The position numbers and the translations under genes were made by a program. Shown here one piece after another: positions 12,928 to 27,400 of a DNA stretch of 64,000 bases; positions within the stretch are counted from its first letter, which is position 1, and every line of letters begins with the position of its first letter. The DNA is from the human T2T-CHM13v2.0 reference genome, Homo sapiens: NCBI RefSeq assembly GCF_009914755.1, contig NC_060938.1. One strand, written 5' to 3'. The notes below the pieces were generated by a model. It saw only the letters and a program-made list of their open reading frames with translations, ran no database searches and was not told the origin of the DNA.

Positions 12928-15900
12928 TGCTGAAATCTATCCAAATATCCCCTTGCAGATTCTACAAAAAGAGTGTTTCAAAACTGCTCTGTGAAAGGAA
13001 AGGTTCAACTCTGTTAGTTGAGTACACACATCACAAACAAGTTTCACAGAATGCTTCTTTCTAGCTTGTAGGGGAAGATATTCCCTTTATCACCATGGGC
13101 CTCAAACCGTCCGAAACATCCACTTCCCTATACTACAAAAAGAGCGTTTCAAACCTGCTCTATGAAAGGCAATGTTCAACTCTGTGACTTGAATGCAGAC
13201 ATCACAGAGCAGTTTCTGAGAATGCTTCTGTCTAGATTTTATAGGAAGATATTCCCGTTTCCAACGAAATCTTCACAGCTATCCAAATATCCACTTGCAG
13301 ATTCTACAAAAAGAGTGTATCAAAACTGCTCTGTCAAAAGGAAGGTTCTTCTCTGTTAGGTGAGTGCATACGTCATAAAGGAGTTTCTGAGAATGTTTCT
13401 GTCTAGTGGTTATGGGAAGATATTTGCTTTTTCACCGTAGGCCTCAGAGCGCTCCAAATATCCACTTGCACATACTACAAAAAGAGTGCTTCAAAGCTGC
13501 TCTCTGAAAGGGAATGTTCAACTCTATGAGTTGAATGCAAACATCACAAAGACGTTTCTGAGAATGCTTCTGTCTAGATTTGATATGAAGATATTCCCGT
13601 TTCCAACGAAATCTTCAAATCTATCCAAATGTCCACTTGCAGATTCAACAAAAAGTGTTTTTCAGAACTGCTCTATCAAAAGAAAGATCCACCTCTGTTA
13701 GCTGAGTTCACACCTCACAAACAACTTTATGAGAATGCTTCTGTCTAGTTTTTATTTGAAGATATTTCCTTTCTCACCATAGAGCTGAAAGCTGTCCTAA
13801 TGTTCACTTCCAGATACTACAGAAAGAGTGTTTCAAAACTGCTGTACGAAAGGGAATGTTCAACTCTGTGACTTGAATGCACACATCACAAAGAAGTTTC
13901 TGAGGATGCTGCTGTCTACTTTTTATACGTAATCCCGTTTCCAACGAAATCCTCCATGCTATCCAAATATCCACTTGCAGATTCCACAGAAAGACTGTTT
14001 CAAAACTGCTCTGTCAATAGAAAGGTTCAACTCTGTTAGCTGCATGCATATATCCCAAAGAAGATTCTGAGATTGCTTCTGTCTAGTTTTTATGGGAAGA
14101 TATTTCCCTTTTCACCGTAGGCGTCAAGGCGCTCCAAATGTCCACTTCCAGATACTACAAAAAGAGTGTTTCAAACCTACTCTGTGAAAGGGAATATTCA
14201 ACTCTGTGACTTGAATGCACATATCACAAGGAAGTTTCTGAGAATGCTTCTGTCGAATTTTTATATGAAGATATTCCCGTTTCCAACGAAATCCTGAAAT
14301 CTATCCAAATATCCCCTTGCAGATTCTACTAAAAGAGTGTTTCAAAACTGCTCTGTAAAAAGAAAGGTTCAACTCTGTTAGTTGAGTACACACATCACAA
14401 ACAAGTTTCACACAATGCTTCTTTCTAGCTTGTAGGGGAAGATATTCCCTTTATCACCATGGGCCTCAAACCGTCCGATAAGTCCACTTCCATATACTAC
14501 AAAAAGAGCGTTTCAAACCTGCTCTATGAAAGGCAATGTTCAACTCTGTGACTTGAATGCAGACATCACAGAGCAGTTTCTGAGAATGCTTCTGTCTAGA
14601 TTTTATAGGAAGATATTCCCGTTTCCAACGAAATCTTCACAGCTATCCAAATATCCACTTGCAGATTCTACAAAAAGAGTGTATCAAAACTGCTCTGTCA
14701 AAAGGAAGGTTCTTTTCTGTTAGGTGAGTGCATACGTCATAAAGGAGTTTCTGAGAATGTTTCTGTCTAGTGGTTATGGGAAGATATTTGCTTTTTCACC
14801 GTAGGCCTCAGAGCGCTCCAAATATCCACTTGCACATACTACAAAAAGAGTGCCTCAAAGCTGCTCTCTGAAACGGAATGTTCAACTCTATGAGTTGAAT
14901 GCAAACATCGCAAAGACGTTTCTGAGAATGCTTCTGTCTAGATTTGATATGAAGATATTCCCGTTTCCAACGAAATCTTCAAATCTATCCAAATGTCCAC
15001 TTGCAGATTCAACAAAAAGTGTTTTTCAGAACTGCTCTATCAAAAGAAAGATCCACCTCTGTTAGCTGAGTTCACACATCACAAACAAGTTTATGAGAAT
15101 GCTTCTGTCTAGTTTTTATTTGAAGATATTTCCTTTCTCACCATAGAGCTGAAAGCTGTCCTAATGTTCACTTCCAGATACTACAGAAAGAGTGTTTCAA
15201 AACTGCTGTACGAAAGGGAATGTTCAACTCTGTGACTTGAATGCACACATCACAAAGAAGTTTCTGAGGATGCTGCTGTCTACTTTTTATACGTAATCCC
15301 GTTTCCAACGAAATCCTCCAAGCTATCCAAATATCCACTTGCAGATTCCACAGAAAGACTGTTTCAAAACTGCTCTGTCAATAGAAAGGTTCAACTCTGT
15401 TAGCTGCATGCATATATCCCAAAGAAGATTCTGAGATTGCTTCTGTCTAGTTTTTATGGGAAGATATTTCCCTTTTCACCGTAGGCGTCAAGGCGCTCCA
15501 AATGTCCACTTCCAGATACTACAAAAAGAGTGTTTCAAACCTACTTTGTGAAAGGAAATATTCAACTCTGTGACTTGAATGCACATATCACAAGGAAGTT
15601 TCTGAGAATGCTTCTGTCGAGATTTTATATGAAGATATTCCCGTTTCCAACGAAATCCTGAAATCTATCCAAATATCCCCTTGCAGATTCTACAAAAAGA
15701 GTGTTTCAAAACTGCTCTGTGAAAGGAAAGGTTCAACTCTGTTAGTTGAGTACACACATCACAAACAAGTTTCACAGAATGCTTCTTTCTAGCTTGTAGG
15801 GGAAGATATTCCCTTTATCACCATGGGCCTCAAACCGTCCGAAACATCCACTTCCCTATACTACAAAAAGAGCGTTTCAAACCTGCTCTATGAAAGGCAA

Positions 15901-17253
15901 TGTTCAACTCTGTGACTTGAATGCAGACATCACAGAGCAGTTTCTGAGAATGCTTCTGTCTAGATTTTATAGGAAGATATTCCCGTTTCCAACGAAATCT
16001 TCACAGCTATCCAAATATCCACTTGCAGATTCTACAAAAAGAGTGTATCAAAACTGCTCTGTCAAAAGGAAGGTTCTTCTCTGTTAGGTGAGTGCATACG
16101 TCATAAAGGAGTTTCTGAGAATGTTTCTGTCTAGTGGTTATGGGAAGATATTTGCTTTTTCACCGTAGGCCTCAGAGCGCTCCAAATATCCACTTGCACA
16201 TACTACAAAAAGAGTGCTTCAAAGCTGCTCTCTGAAAGGGAATGTTCAACTCTATGAGTTGAATGCAAACATCACAAAGACGTTTCTGAGAATGCTTCTG
16301 TCTAGATTTGATATGAAGATATTCCCGTTTCCAACGAAATCTTCAAATCTATCCAAATGTCCACTTGCAGATTCAACAAAAAGTGTTTTTCAGAACTGCT
16401 CTATCAAAAGAAAGATCCACCTCTGTTAGCTGAGTTCACACCTCACAAACAACTTTATGAGAATGCTTCTGTCTAGTTTTTATTTGAAGATATTTCCTTT
16501 CTCACCATAGAGCTGAAAGCTGTCCTAATGTTCACTTCCAGATACTACAGAAAGAGTGTTTCAAAACTGCTGTACGAAAGGGAATGTTCAACTCTGTGAC
16601 TTGAATGCACACATCACAAAGAAGTTTCTGAGGATGCTGCTGTCTACTTTTTATACGTAATCCCGTTTCCAACGAAATCCTCCATGCTATCCAAATATCC
16701 ACTTGCAGATTCCACAGAAAGACTGTTTCAAAACTGCTCTGTCAATAGAAAGGTTCAACTCTGTTAGCTGCATGCATATATCCCAAAGAAGATTCTGAGA
16801 TTGCTTCTGTCTAGTTTTTATGGGAAGATATTTCCCTTTTCACCGTAGGCGTCAAGGCGCTCCAAATGTCCACTTCCAGATACTACAAAAAGAGTGTTTC
16901 AAACCTACTCTGTGAAAGGGAATATTCAACTCTGTGACTTGAATGCACATATCACAAGGAAGTTTCTGAGAATGCTTCTGTCGAATTTTTATATGAAGAT
17001 ATTCCCGTTTCCAACGAAATCCTGAAATCTATCCAAATATCCCCTTGCAGATTCTACTAAAAGAGTGTTTCAAAACTGCTCTGTAAAAAGAAAGGTTCAA
17101 CTCTGTTAGTTGAGTACACACATCACAAACAAGTTTCACACAATGCTTCTTTCTAGCTTGTAGGGGAAGATATTCCCTTTATCACCATGGGCCTCAAACC
17201 GTCCGATAAGTCCACTTCCATATACTACAAAAAGAGCGTTTCAAACCTGCTCT

Positions 17254-18955
17254 ATGAAAGGCAATGTTCAACTCTGTGACTTGAATGCAGACATCACAGA
17301 GCAGTTTCTGAGAATGCTTCTGTCTAGATTTTATAGGAAGATATTCCCGTTTCCAACGAAATCTTCACAGCTATCCAAATATCCACTTGCAGATTCTACA
17401 AAAAGAGTGTATCAAAACTGCTCTGTCAAAAGGAAGGTTCTTTTCTGTTAGGTGAGTGCATACGTCATAAAGGAGTTTCTGAGAATGTTTCTGTCTAGTG
17501 GTTATGGGAAGATATTTGCTTTTTCACCGTAGGCCTCAGAGCGCTCCAAATATCCACTTGCACATACTACAAAAAGAGTGCCTCAAAGCTGCTCTCTGAA
17601 ACGGAATGTTCAACTCTATGAGTTGAATGCAAACATCGCAAAGACGTTTCTGAGAATGCTTCTGTCTAGATTTGATATGAAGATATTCCCGTTTCCAACG
17701 AAATCTTCAAATCTATCCAAATGTCCACTTGCAGATTCAACAAAAAGTGTTTTTCAGAACTGCTCTATCAAAAGAAAGATCCACCTCTGTTAGCTGAGTT
17801 CACACATCACAAACAAGTTTATGAGAATGCTTCTGTCTAGTTTTTATTTGAAGATATTTCCTTTCTCACCATAGAGCTGAAAGCTGTCCTAATGTTCACT
17901 TCCAGATACTACAGAAAGAGTGTTTCAAAACTGCTGTACGAAAGGGAATGTTCAACTCTGTGACTTGAATGCACACATCACAAAGAAGTTTCTGAGGATG
18001 CTGCTGTCTACTTTTTATACGTAATCCCGTTTCCAACGAAATCCTCCAAGCTATCCAAATATCCACTTGCAGATTCCACAGAAAGACTGTTTCAAAACTG
18101 CTCTGTCAATAGAAAGGTTCAACTCTGTTAGCTGCGTGCATATATCCCAAAGAAGATTCTGAGATTGCTTCTGTCTAGTTTTTATGGGAAGATATTTCCC
18201 TTTTCACCGTAGGTGTCAAGGCGCTCCAAATGTCCACTTCCAGATACTACAAAAAGAGTGTTTCAAACCAACTCTGTGAAAGGGAATATTCAACTCTGTG
18301 ACTTGAATGCACACAACACAAAGAAGTTTCTGAGGATGCTGCTGTCTACTTTTTATACGTAATCCCGTTTCCAACGAAATCCTCCAAGCTATCCAAATAT
18401 CCACTTGCAGATTCCACAGAAAGACTGTTTCAAAACTGCTCTGTCAATAGAAAGGTTCAACTCTGTTAGCTGCATGCATATATCCCAAAGAAGATTCTGA
18501 GATTGCTTCTGTCTAGTTTTTATGGGAAGATATTTCCCTTTTCACCGTAGGCGTCAAGGCGCTCCAAATGTCCACTTCCAGATACTACAAAAAGAGTGTT
18601 TCAAACCTACTCTGTGAAAGGGAATATTCAACTCTGTGACTTGAATGCACATATCACAAGGAAGTTTCTGAGAATGCTTCTGTCGAGATTTTATATGAAG
18701 ATATTCCCGTTTCCAACGAAATCCTGAAATCTATCCAAATATCCCCTTGCAGATTCTACAAAAAGAGTGTTTCAAAACTGCTCTGTAAAAAGAAAGGTTC
18801 AACTCTGTTAGTTGAGTACACACATCACAAACAAGTTTCACACAATGCTTCTTTCTAGCTTGTAGGGGAAGATATTCCCTTTATCACCATGGGCCTCAAA
18901 CCGTCCGAAAAGTCCACTTCCATATACTACAAAAAGAGCGTTTCAAACCTGCTCT
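17254..18955 (-). repeat. 10-mer HOR structural variant (1702 bp); duplicated dimer ~17976-18313 / 18314-18651
   Basis: ORF spacing 17254->18956 is 1702. The junction ORF is at 18216-18404. Confidence 0.95.
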
Positions 18956-21432
18956 ATGAAAGGCAATGTTCAACTCTGTGACTTGAATGCAGACATCACA
19001 GAGCAGTTTCTGAGAATGCTTCTGTCTAGATTTTATAGGAAGATATTCCCGTTTCCAACGAAATCTTCACAGCTATCCAAATATCCACTTGCAGATTCTA
19101 CAAAAAGAGTGTATCAAAACTGCTCTGTCAAAAGGAAGGTTCTTTTCTGTTAGGTGAGTGCATACGTCATAAAGGAGTTTCTGAGAATGTTTCTGTCTAG
19201 TGGTTATGGGAAGATATTTGCTTTTTCACCGTAGGCCTCAGAGCGCTCCAAATATCCACTTGCACATACTACAAAAAGAGTGCCTCAAAGCTGCTCTCTG
19301 AAACGGAATGTTCAACTCTATGAGTTGAATGCAAACATCGCAAAGACGTTTCTGAGAATGCTTCTGTCTAGATTTGATATGAAGATATTCCCGTTTCCAA
19401 CGAAATCTTCAAATCTATCCAAATGTCCACTTGCAGATTCAACAAAAAGTGTTTTTCAGAACTGCTCTATCAAAAGAAAGATCCACCTCTGTTAGCTGAG
19501 TTCACACATCACAAACAAGTTTATGAGAATGCTTCTGTCTAGTTTTTATTTGAAGATATTTCCTTTCTCACCATAGAGCTGAAAGCTGTCCTAATGTTCA
19601 CTTCCAGATACTACAGAAAGAGTGTTTCAAAACTGCTGTACGAAAGGGAATGTTCAACTCTGTGACTTGAATGCACACATCACAAAGAAGTTTCTGAGGA
19701 TGCTGCTGTCTACTTTTTATACGTAATCCCGTTTCCAACGAAATCCTCCAAGCTATCCAAATATCCACTTGCAGATTCCACAGAAAGACTGTTTCAAAAC
19801 TGCTCTGTCAATAGAAAGGTTCAACTCTGTTAGCTGCGTGCATATATCCCAAAGAAGATTCTGAGATTGCTTCTGTCTAGTTTTTATGGGAAGATATTTC
19901 CCTTTTCACCGTAGGCGTCAAGGCGCTCCAAATGTCCACTTCCAGATACTACAAAAAGAGTGTTTCAAACCTACTCTGTGAAAGGGAATATTCAACTCTG
20001 TGACCTGAATGCACATATCACAAAGAAGTTTCTGAGAATGCTTCTGTCGAGATTTTATATGAAGATATTCCCGTTTCCAACGAAATGCTGAAATCTATCC
20101 AAATATCCCCTCGCAGATTCTACAAAAAGAGTGTTTCAAAACTGCTCTGTGAAAAGAAAGGTTCAACTCTGTTAGTTGAGTACACACATCACAAACAAGT
20201 TTCACAGAATGCTTCTTTCTAGCTTGTAGGGGAAGATATTCCCTTTATCACCATGGGCCTCCAACCGTCCGAAACATCCACTTCCATATACTACAAAAAG
20301 AGCGTTTCAAACCTGCTCTATGAAAGGCAATGTTCAACTCTGTGACTTGAATGCAGACATCACAGAGCAGTTTCTGAGAATGCTTCTGTCTAGATTTTAT
20401 AGGAAGATATTCCCGTTTCCAACGAAATCTTCACAGCTATCCAAATATCCACTTGCAGATTCTACCAAAAGAGTGTATCAAAACTGCTCTGTCAAAAGGA
20501 AGGTTCTTTTCTGTTAGGTGAGTGCATACGTCATAAAGGAGTTTCTGAGAATGTTTCTGTCTAGTGGTTATGGGAAGATATTTGCTTTTTCACCGTAGGC
20601 CTCAGAGCGCTCCAAATATCCACTTGCACATACTACAAAAAGAGTGCCTCAAAGCTGCTCTCTGAAACGGAATGTTCAACTCTATGAGTTGAATGCAAAC
20701 ATCGCAAAGACGTTTCTGAGAATGCTTCTGTCTAGATTTGATATGAAGATATTCCCGTTTCCAACGAAATCTTCAAATCTATCCAAATGTCCACTTGCAG
20801 ATTCAACAAAAAGTGTTTTTCAGAACTGCTCTATCAAAAGAAAGATCCACCTCTGTTAGCTGAGTTCACACATCACAAACAAGTTTATGAGAATGCTTCT
20901 GTCTAGTTTTTATTTGAAGATATTTCCTTTCTCACCATAGAGCTGAAAGCTGTCCTAATGTTCACTTCCAGATACTACAGAAAGAGTGTTTCAAAACTGC
21001 TGTACGAAAGGGAATGTTCAACTCTGTGACTTGAATGCACACATCACAAAGAAGTTTCTGAGGATGCTGCTGTCTACTTTTTATACGTAATCCCGTTTCC
21101 AACGAAATCCTCCAAGCTATCCAAATATCCACTTGCAGATTCCACAGAAAGACTGTTTCAAAACTGCTCTGTCAATAGAAAGGTTCAACTCTGTTAGCTG
21201 CGTGCATATATCCCAAAGAAGATTCTGAGATTGCTTCTGTCTAGTTTTTATGGGAAGATATTTCCCTTTTCACCGTAGGTGTCAAGGCGCTCCAAATGTC
21301 CACTTCCAGATACTACAAAAAGAGTGTTTCAAACCTACTCTGTGAAAGGGAATATTCAACTCTGTGACTTGAATGCACATATCACAAAGAAGTTTCTGAG
21401 AATGCTTCTGTCGAGATTTTATATGAAGATAT

Positions 21433-21449
21433 TCCCGTTCCCAACGAAA
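21433..21449 (-). promoter_or_regulatory. Variant CENP-B box (core A10>G)
   Basis: tcccgttcccaacgaaa; T>C at 21440. Confidence 0.85.
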
Positions 21450-24400
21450 TGCTGAAATCTATCCAAATATCCCCTCGCAGATTCTACAAAAAGAGTGTTT
21501 CAAAACTGCTCTGTGAAAGGAAAGGTTCAACTCTGTTAGTTGAGTACACACATCACAAACAAGTTTCACAGAATGCTTCTTTCTAGCTTGTAGGGGAAGA
21601 TATTCCCTTTATCACCATGGGCCTCAAACCGTCCGAAACATCCACTTCCCTATACTACAAAAAGAGCGTTTCAAACCTGCTCTATGAAAGGCAATGTTCA
21701 ACTCTGTGACTTGAATGCAGACATCACAGAGCAGTTTCTGAGAATGCTTCTGTCTAGATTTTATAGGAAGATATTCCCGTTTCCAACGAAATCTTCACAG
21801 CTATCCAAATATCCACTTGCAGATTCTACAAAAAGAGTGTATCAAAACTGCTCTGTCAAAAGGAAGGTTCTTCTCTGTTAGGTGAGTGCATACGTCATAA
21901 AGGAGTTTCTGAGAATGTTTCTGTCTAGTGGTTATGGGAAGATATTTGCTTTTTCACCGTAGGCCTCAGAGCGCTCCAAATATCCACTTGCACATACTAC
22001 AAAAAGAGTGCTTCAAAGCTGCTCTCTGAAACGGAATGTTCAACTCTATGAGTTGAATGCAAACATCACAAAGACGTTTCTGAGAATGCTTCTGTCTAGA
22101 TTTGATATGAAGATATTCCCGTTTCCAACGAAATCTTCAAATCTATCCAAATGTCCACTTGCAGATTCAACAAAAAGTGTTTTTCAGAACTGCTCTATCA
22201 AAAGAAAGATCCACCTCTGTTAGCTGAGTTCACACATCACAAACAAGTTTATGAGAATGCTTCTGTCTAGTTTTTATTTGAAGATATTTCCTTTCTCACC
22301 ATAGAGCTGAAAGCTGTCCTAATGTTCACTTCCAGATACTACAGAAAGAGTGTTTCAAAACTGCTGTACGAAAGGGAATGTTCAACTCTGTGACTTGAAT
22401 GCACACATCACAAAGAAGTTTCTGAGGATGCTGCTGTCTACTTTTTATACGTAATCCCGTTTCCAACGAAATCCTCCAAGCTATCCAAATATCCACTTGC
22501 AGATTCCACAGAAAGACTGTTTCAAAACTGCTCTGTCAATAGAAAGGTTCAACTCTGTTAGCTGCATGCATATATCCCAAAGAAGATTCTGAGATTGCTT
22601 CTGTCTAGTTTTTATGGGAAGATATTTCCCTTTTCACCGTAGGCGTCAAGGCGCTCCAAATGTCCACTTCCAGATACTACAAAAAGAGTGTTTCAAACCT
22701 ACTCTGTGAAAGGGAATATTCAACTCTGTGACTTGAATGCACATATCACAAGGAAGTTTCTGAGAATGCTTCTGTCGAATTTTTATATGAAGATATTCCC
22801 GTTTCCAACGAAATCCTGAAATCTATCCAAATATCCCCTTGCAGATTCTACTAAAAGAGTGTTTCAAAACTGCTCTGTAAAAAGAAAGGTTCAACTCTGT
22901 TAGTTGAGTACACACATCACAAACAAGTTTCACACAATGCTTCTTTCTAGCTTGTAGGGGAAGATATTCCCTTTATCACCATGGGCCTCAAACCGTCCGA
23001 TAAGTCCACTTCCATATACTACAAAAAGAGCGTTTCAAACCTGCTCTATGAAAGGCAATGTTCAACTCTGTGACTTGAATGCAGACATCACAGAGCAGTT
23101 TCTGAGAATGCTTCTGTCTAGATTTTATAGGAAGATATTCCCGTTTCCAACGAAATCTTCACAGCTATCCAAATATCCACTTGCAGATTCTACAAAAAGA
23201 GTGTATCAAAACTGCTCTGTCAAAAGGAAGGTTCTTTTCTGTTAGGTGAGTGCATACGTCATAAAGGAGTTTCTGAGAATGTTTCTGTCTAGTGGTTATG
23301 GGAAGATATTTGCTTTTTCACCGTAGGCCTCAGAGCGCTCCAAATATCCACTTGCACATACTACAAAAAGAGTGCCTCAAAGCTGCTCTCTGAAACGGAA
23401 TGTTCAACTCTATGAGTTGAATGCAAACATCGCAAAGACGTTTCTGAGAATGCTTCTGTCTAGATTTGATATGAAGATATTCCCGTTTCCAACGAAATCT
23501 TCAAATCTATCCAAATGTCCACTTGCAGATTCAACAAAAAGTGTTTTTCAGAACTGCTCTATCAAAAGAAAGATCCACCTCTGTTAGCTGAGTTCACACA
23601 TCACAAACAAGTTTATGAGAATGCTTCTGTCTAGTTTTTATTTGAAGATATTTCCTTTCTCACCATAGAGCTGAAAGCTGTCCTAATGTTCACTTCCAGA
23701 TACTACAGAAAGAGTGTTTCAAAACTGCTGTACGAAAGGGAATGTTCAACTCTGTGACTTGAATGCACACATCACAAAGAAGTTTCTGAGGATGCTGCTG
23801 TCTACTTTTTATACGTAATCCCGTTTCCAACGAAATCCTCCAAGCTATCCAAATATCCACTTGCAGATTCCACAGAAAGACTGTTTCAAAACTGCTCTGT
23901 CAATAGAAAGGTTCAACTCTGTTAGCTGCGTGCATATATCCCAAAGAAGATTCTGAGATTGCTTCTGTCTAGTTTTTATGGGAAGATATTTCCCTTTTCA
24001 CCGTAGGCGTCAAGGCGCTCCAAATGTCCACTTCCAGATACTACAAAAAGAGTGTTTCAAACCTACTCTGTGAAAGGGAATATTCAACTCTGTGACTTGA
24101 ATGCACATATCACAAGGAAGTTTCTGAGAATGCTTCTGTCGAGATTTTATATGAAGATATTCCCGTTTCCAACGAAATCCTGAAATCTATCCAAATATCC
24201 CCTCGCAGATTCTACAAAAAGAGTGTTTCAAAACTGCTCTGTAAAAAGAAAGGTTCAACTCTGTTAGTTGAGTACACACATCACAAACAAGTTTCACACA
24301 ATGCTTCTTTCTAGCTTGTAGGGGAAGATATTCCCTTTATCACCATGGGCCTCAAACCGTCCGATAAGTCCACTTCCATATACTACAAAAAGAGCGTTTC

Positions 24401-27400
24401 AAACCTGCTCTATGAAAGGCAATGTTCAACTCTGTGACTTGAATGCAGACATCACAGAGCAGTTTCTGAGAATGCTTCTGTCTAGACTTTATAGGAAGAT
24501 ATTCCCGTTTCCAACGAAATCTTCACAGCTATCCAAATATCCACTTGCAGATTCTACAAAAAGAGTGTATCAAAACTGCTCTGTCAAAAGGAAGGTTCTT
24601 TTCTGTTAGGTGAGTGCATACGTCATAAAGGAGTTTCTGAGAATGTTTCTGTCTAGTGGTTATGGGAAGATATTTGCTTTTTCACCGTAGGCCTCAGAGC
24701 GCTCCAAATATCCACTTGCACATACTACAAAAAGAGTGCCTCAAAGCTGCTCTCTGAAACGGAATGTTCAACTCTATGAGTTGAATGCAAACATCGCAAA
24801 GACGTTTCTGAGAATGCTTCTGTCTAGATTTGATATGAAGATATTCCCGTTTCCAACGAAATCTTCAAATCTATCCAAATGTCCACTTGCAGATTCAACA
24901 AAAAGTGTTTTTCAGAACTGCTCTATCAAAAGAAAGATCCACCTCTGTTAGCTGAGTTCACACATCACAAACAAGTTTATGAGAATGCTTCTGTCTAGTT
25001 TTTATTTGAAGATATTTCCTTTCTCACCATAGAGCTGAAAGCTGTCCTAATGTTCACTTCCAGATACTACAGAAAGAGTGTTTCAAAACTGCTGTACGAA
25101 AGGGAATGTTCAACTCTGTGACTTGAATGCACACATCACAAAGAAGTTTCTGAGGATGCTGCTGTCTACTTTTTATACGTAATCCCGTTTCCAACGAAAT
25201 CCTCCAAGCTATCCAAATATCCACTTGCAGATTCCACAGAAAGACTGTTTCAAAACTGCTCTGTCAATAGAAAGGTTCAACTCTGTTAGCTGCGTGCATA
25301 TATCCCAAAGAAGATTCTGAGATTGCTTCTGTCTAGTTTTTATGGGAAGATATTTCCCTTTTCACCGTAGGCGTCAAGGCGCTCCAAATGTCCACTTCCA
25401 GATACTACAAAAAGAGTGTTTCAAACCTACTCTGTGAAAGGGAATATTCAACTCTGTGACTTGAATGCACATATCACAAGGAAGTTTCTGAGAATGCTTC
25501 TGTCGAGATTTTATATGAAGATATTCCCGTTTCCAACGAAATCCTGAAATCTATCCAAATATCCCCTTGCAGATTCTACAAAAAGAGTGTTTCAAAACTG
25601 CTCTGTAAAAAGAAAGGTTCAACTCTGTTAGTTGAGTACACACATCACAAACAAGTTTCACACAATGCTTCTTTCTAGCTTGTAGGGGAAGATATTCCCT
25701 TTATCACCATGGGCCTCAAACCGTCCGATAAGTCCACTTCCATATACTACAAAAAGAGCGTTTCAAACCTGCTCTATGAAAGGCAATGTTCAACTCTGTG
25801 ACTTGAATGCAGACATCACAGAGCAGTTTCTGAGAATGCTTCTGTCTAGATTTTATAGGAAGATATTCCCGTTTCCAACGAAATCTTCACAGCTATCCAA
25901 ATATCCACTTGCAGATTCTACAAAAAGAGTGTATCAAAACTGCTCTGTCAAAAGGAAGGTTCTTTTCTGTTAGGTGAGTGCATACGTCATAAAGGAGTTT
26001 CTGAGAATGTTTCTGTCTAGTGGTTATGGGAAGATATTTGCTTTTTCACCGTAGGCCTCAGAGCGCTCCAAATATCCACTTGCACATACTACAAAAAGAG
26101 TGCCTCAAAGCTGCTCTCTGAAACGGAATGTTCAACTCTGTGAGTTGAATGCAAACATCGCAAAGACGTTTCTGAGAATGCTTCTGTCTAGATTTGATAT
26201 GAAGATATTCCCGTTTCCAACGAAATCTTCAAATCTATCCAAATGTCCACTTGCAGATTCAACAAAAAGTGTTTTTCAGAACTGCTCTATCAAAAGAAAG
26301 ATCCACCTCTGTTAGCTGAGTTCACACATCACAAACAAGTTTATGAGAATGCTTCTGTCTAGTTTTTATTTGAAGATATTTCCTTTCTCACCATAGAGCT
26401 GAAAGCTGTCCTAATGTTCACTTCCAGATACTACAGAAAGAGTGTTTCAAAACTGCTGTACGAAAGGGAATGTTCAACTCTGTGACTTGAATGCACACAT
26501 CACAAAGAAGTTTCTGAGGATGCTGCTGTCTACTTTTTATACGTAATCCCGTTTCCAACGAAATCCTCCAAGCTATCCAAATATCCACTTGCAGATTCCA
26601 CAGAAAGACTGTTTCAAAACTGCTCTGTCAATAGAAAGGTTCAACTCTGTTAGCTGCATGCATATATCCCAAAGAAGATTCTGAGATTGCTTCTGTCTAG
26701 TTTTTATGGGAAGATATTTCCCTTTTCACCGTAGGCGTCAAGGCGCTCCAAATGTCCACTTCCAGATACTACAAAAAGAGTGTTTCAAACCTACTCTGTG
26801 AAAGGAAATATTCAACTCTGTGACTTGAATGCACATATCACAAGGAAGTTTCTGAGAATGCTTCTGTCGAGATTTTATATGAAGATATTCCCGTTTCCAA
26901 CGAAATCCTGAAATCTATCCAAATATCCCCTTGCAGATTCTACAAAAAGAGTGTTTCAAAACTGCTCTGTAAAAAGAAAGGTTCAACTCTGTTAGTTGAG
27001 TACACACATCACAAACAAGTTTCACACAATGCTTCTTTCTAGCTTGTAGGGGAAGATATTCCCTTTATCACCATGGGCCTCCAACCGTCCGAAACATCCA
27101 CTTCCATATACTACAAAAAGAGCGTTTCAAACCTGCTCTATGAAAGGCAATGTTCAACTCTGTGACTTGAATGCAGACATCACAGAGCAGTTTCTGAGAA
27201 TGCTTCTGTCTAGATTTTATAGGAAGATATTCCCGTTTCCAACGAAATCTTCACAGCTATCCAAATATCCACTTGCAGATTCTACAAAAAGAGTGTATCA
27301 AAACTGCTCTGTCAAAAGGAAGGTTCTTTTCTGTTAGGTGAGTGCATACGTCATAAAGGAGTTTCTGAGAATGTTTCTGTCTAGTGGTTATGGGAAGATA

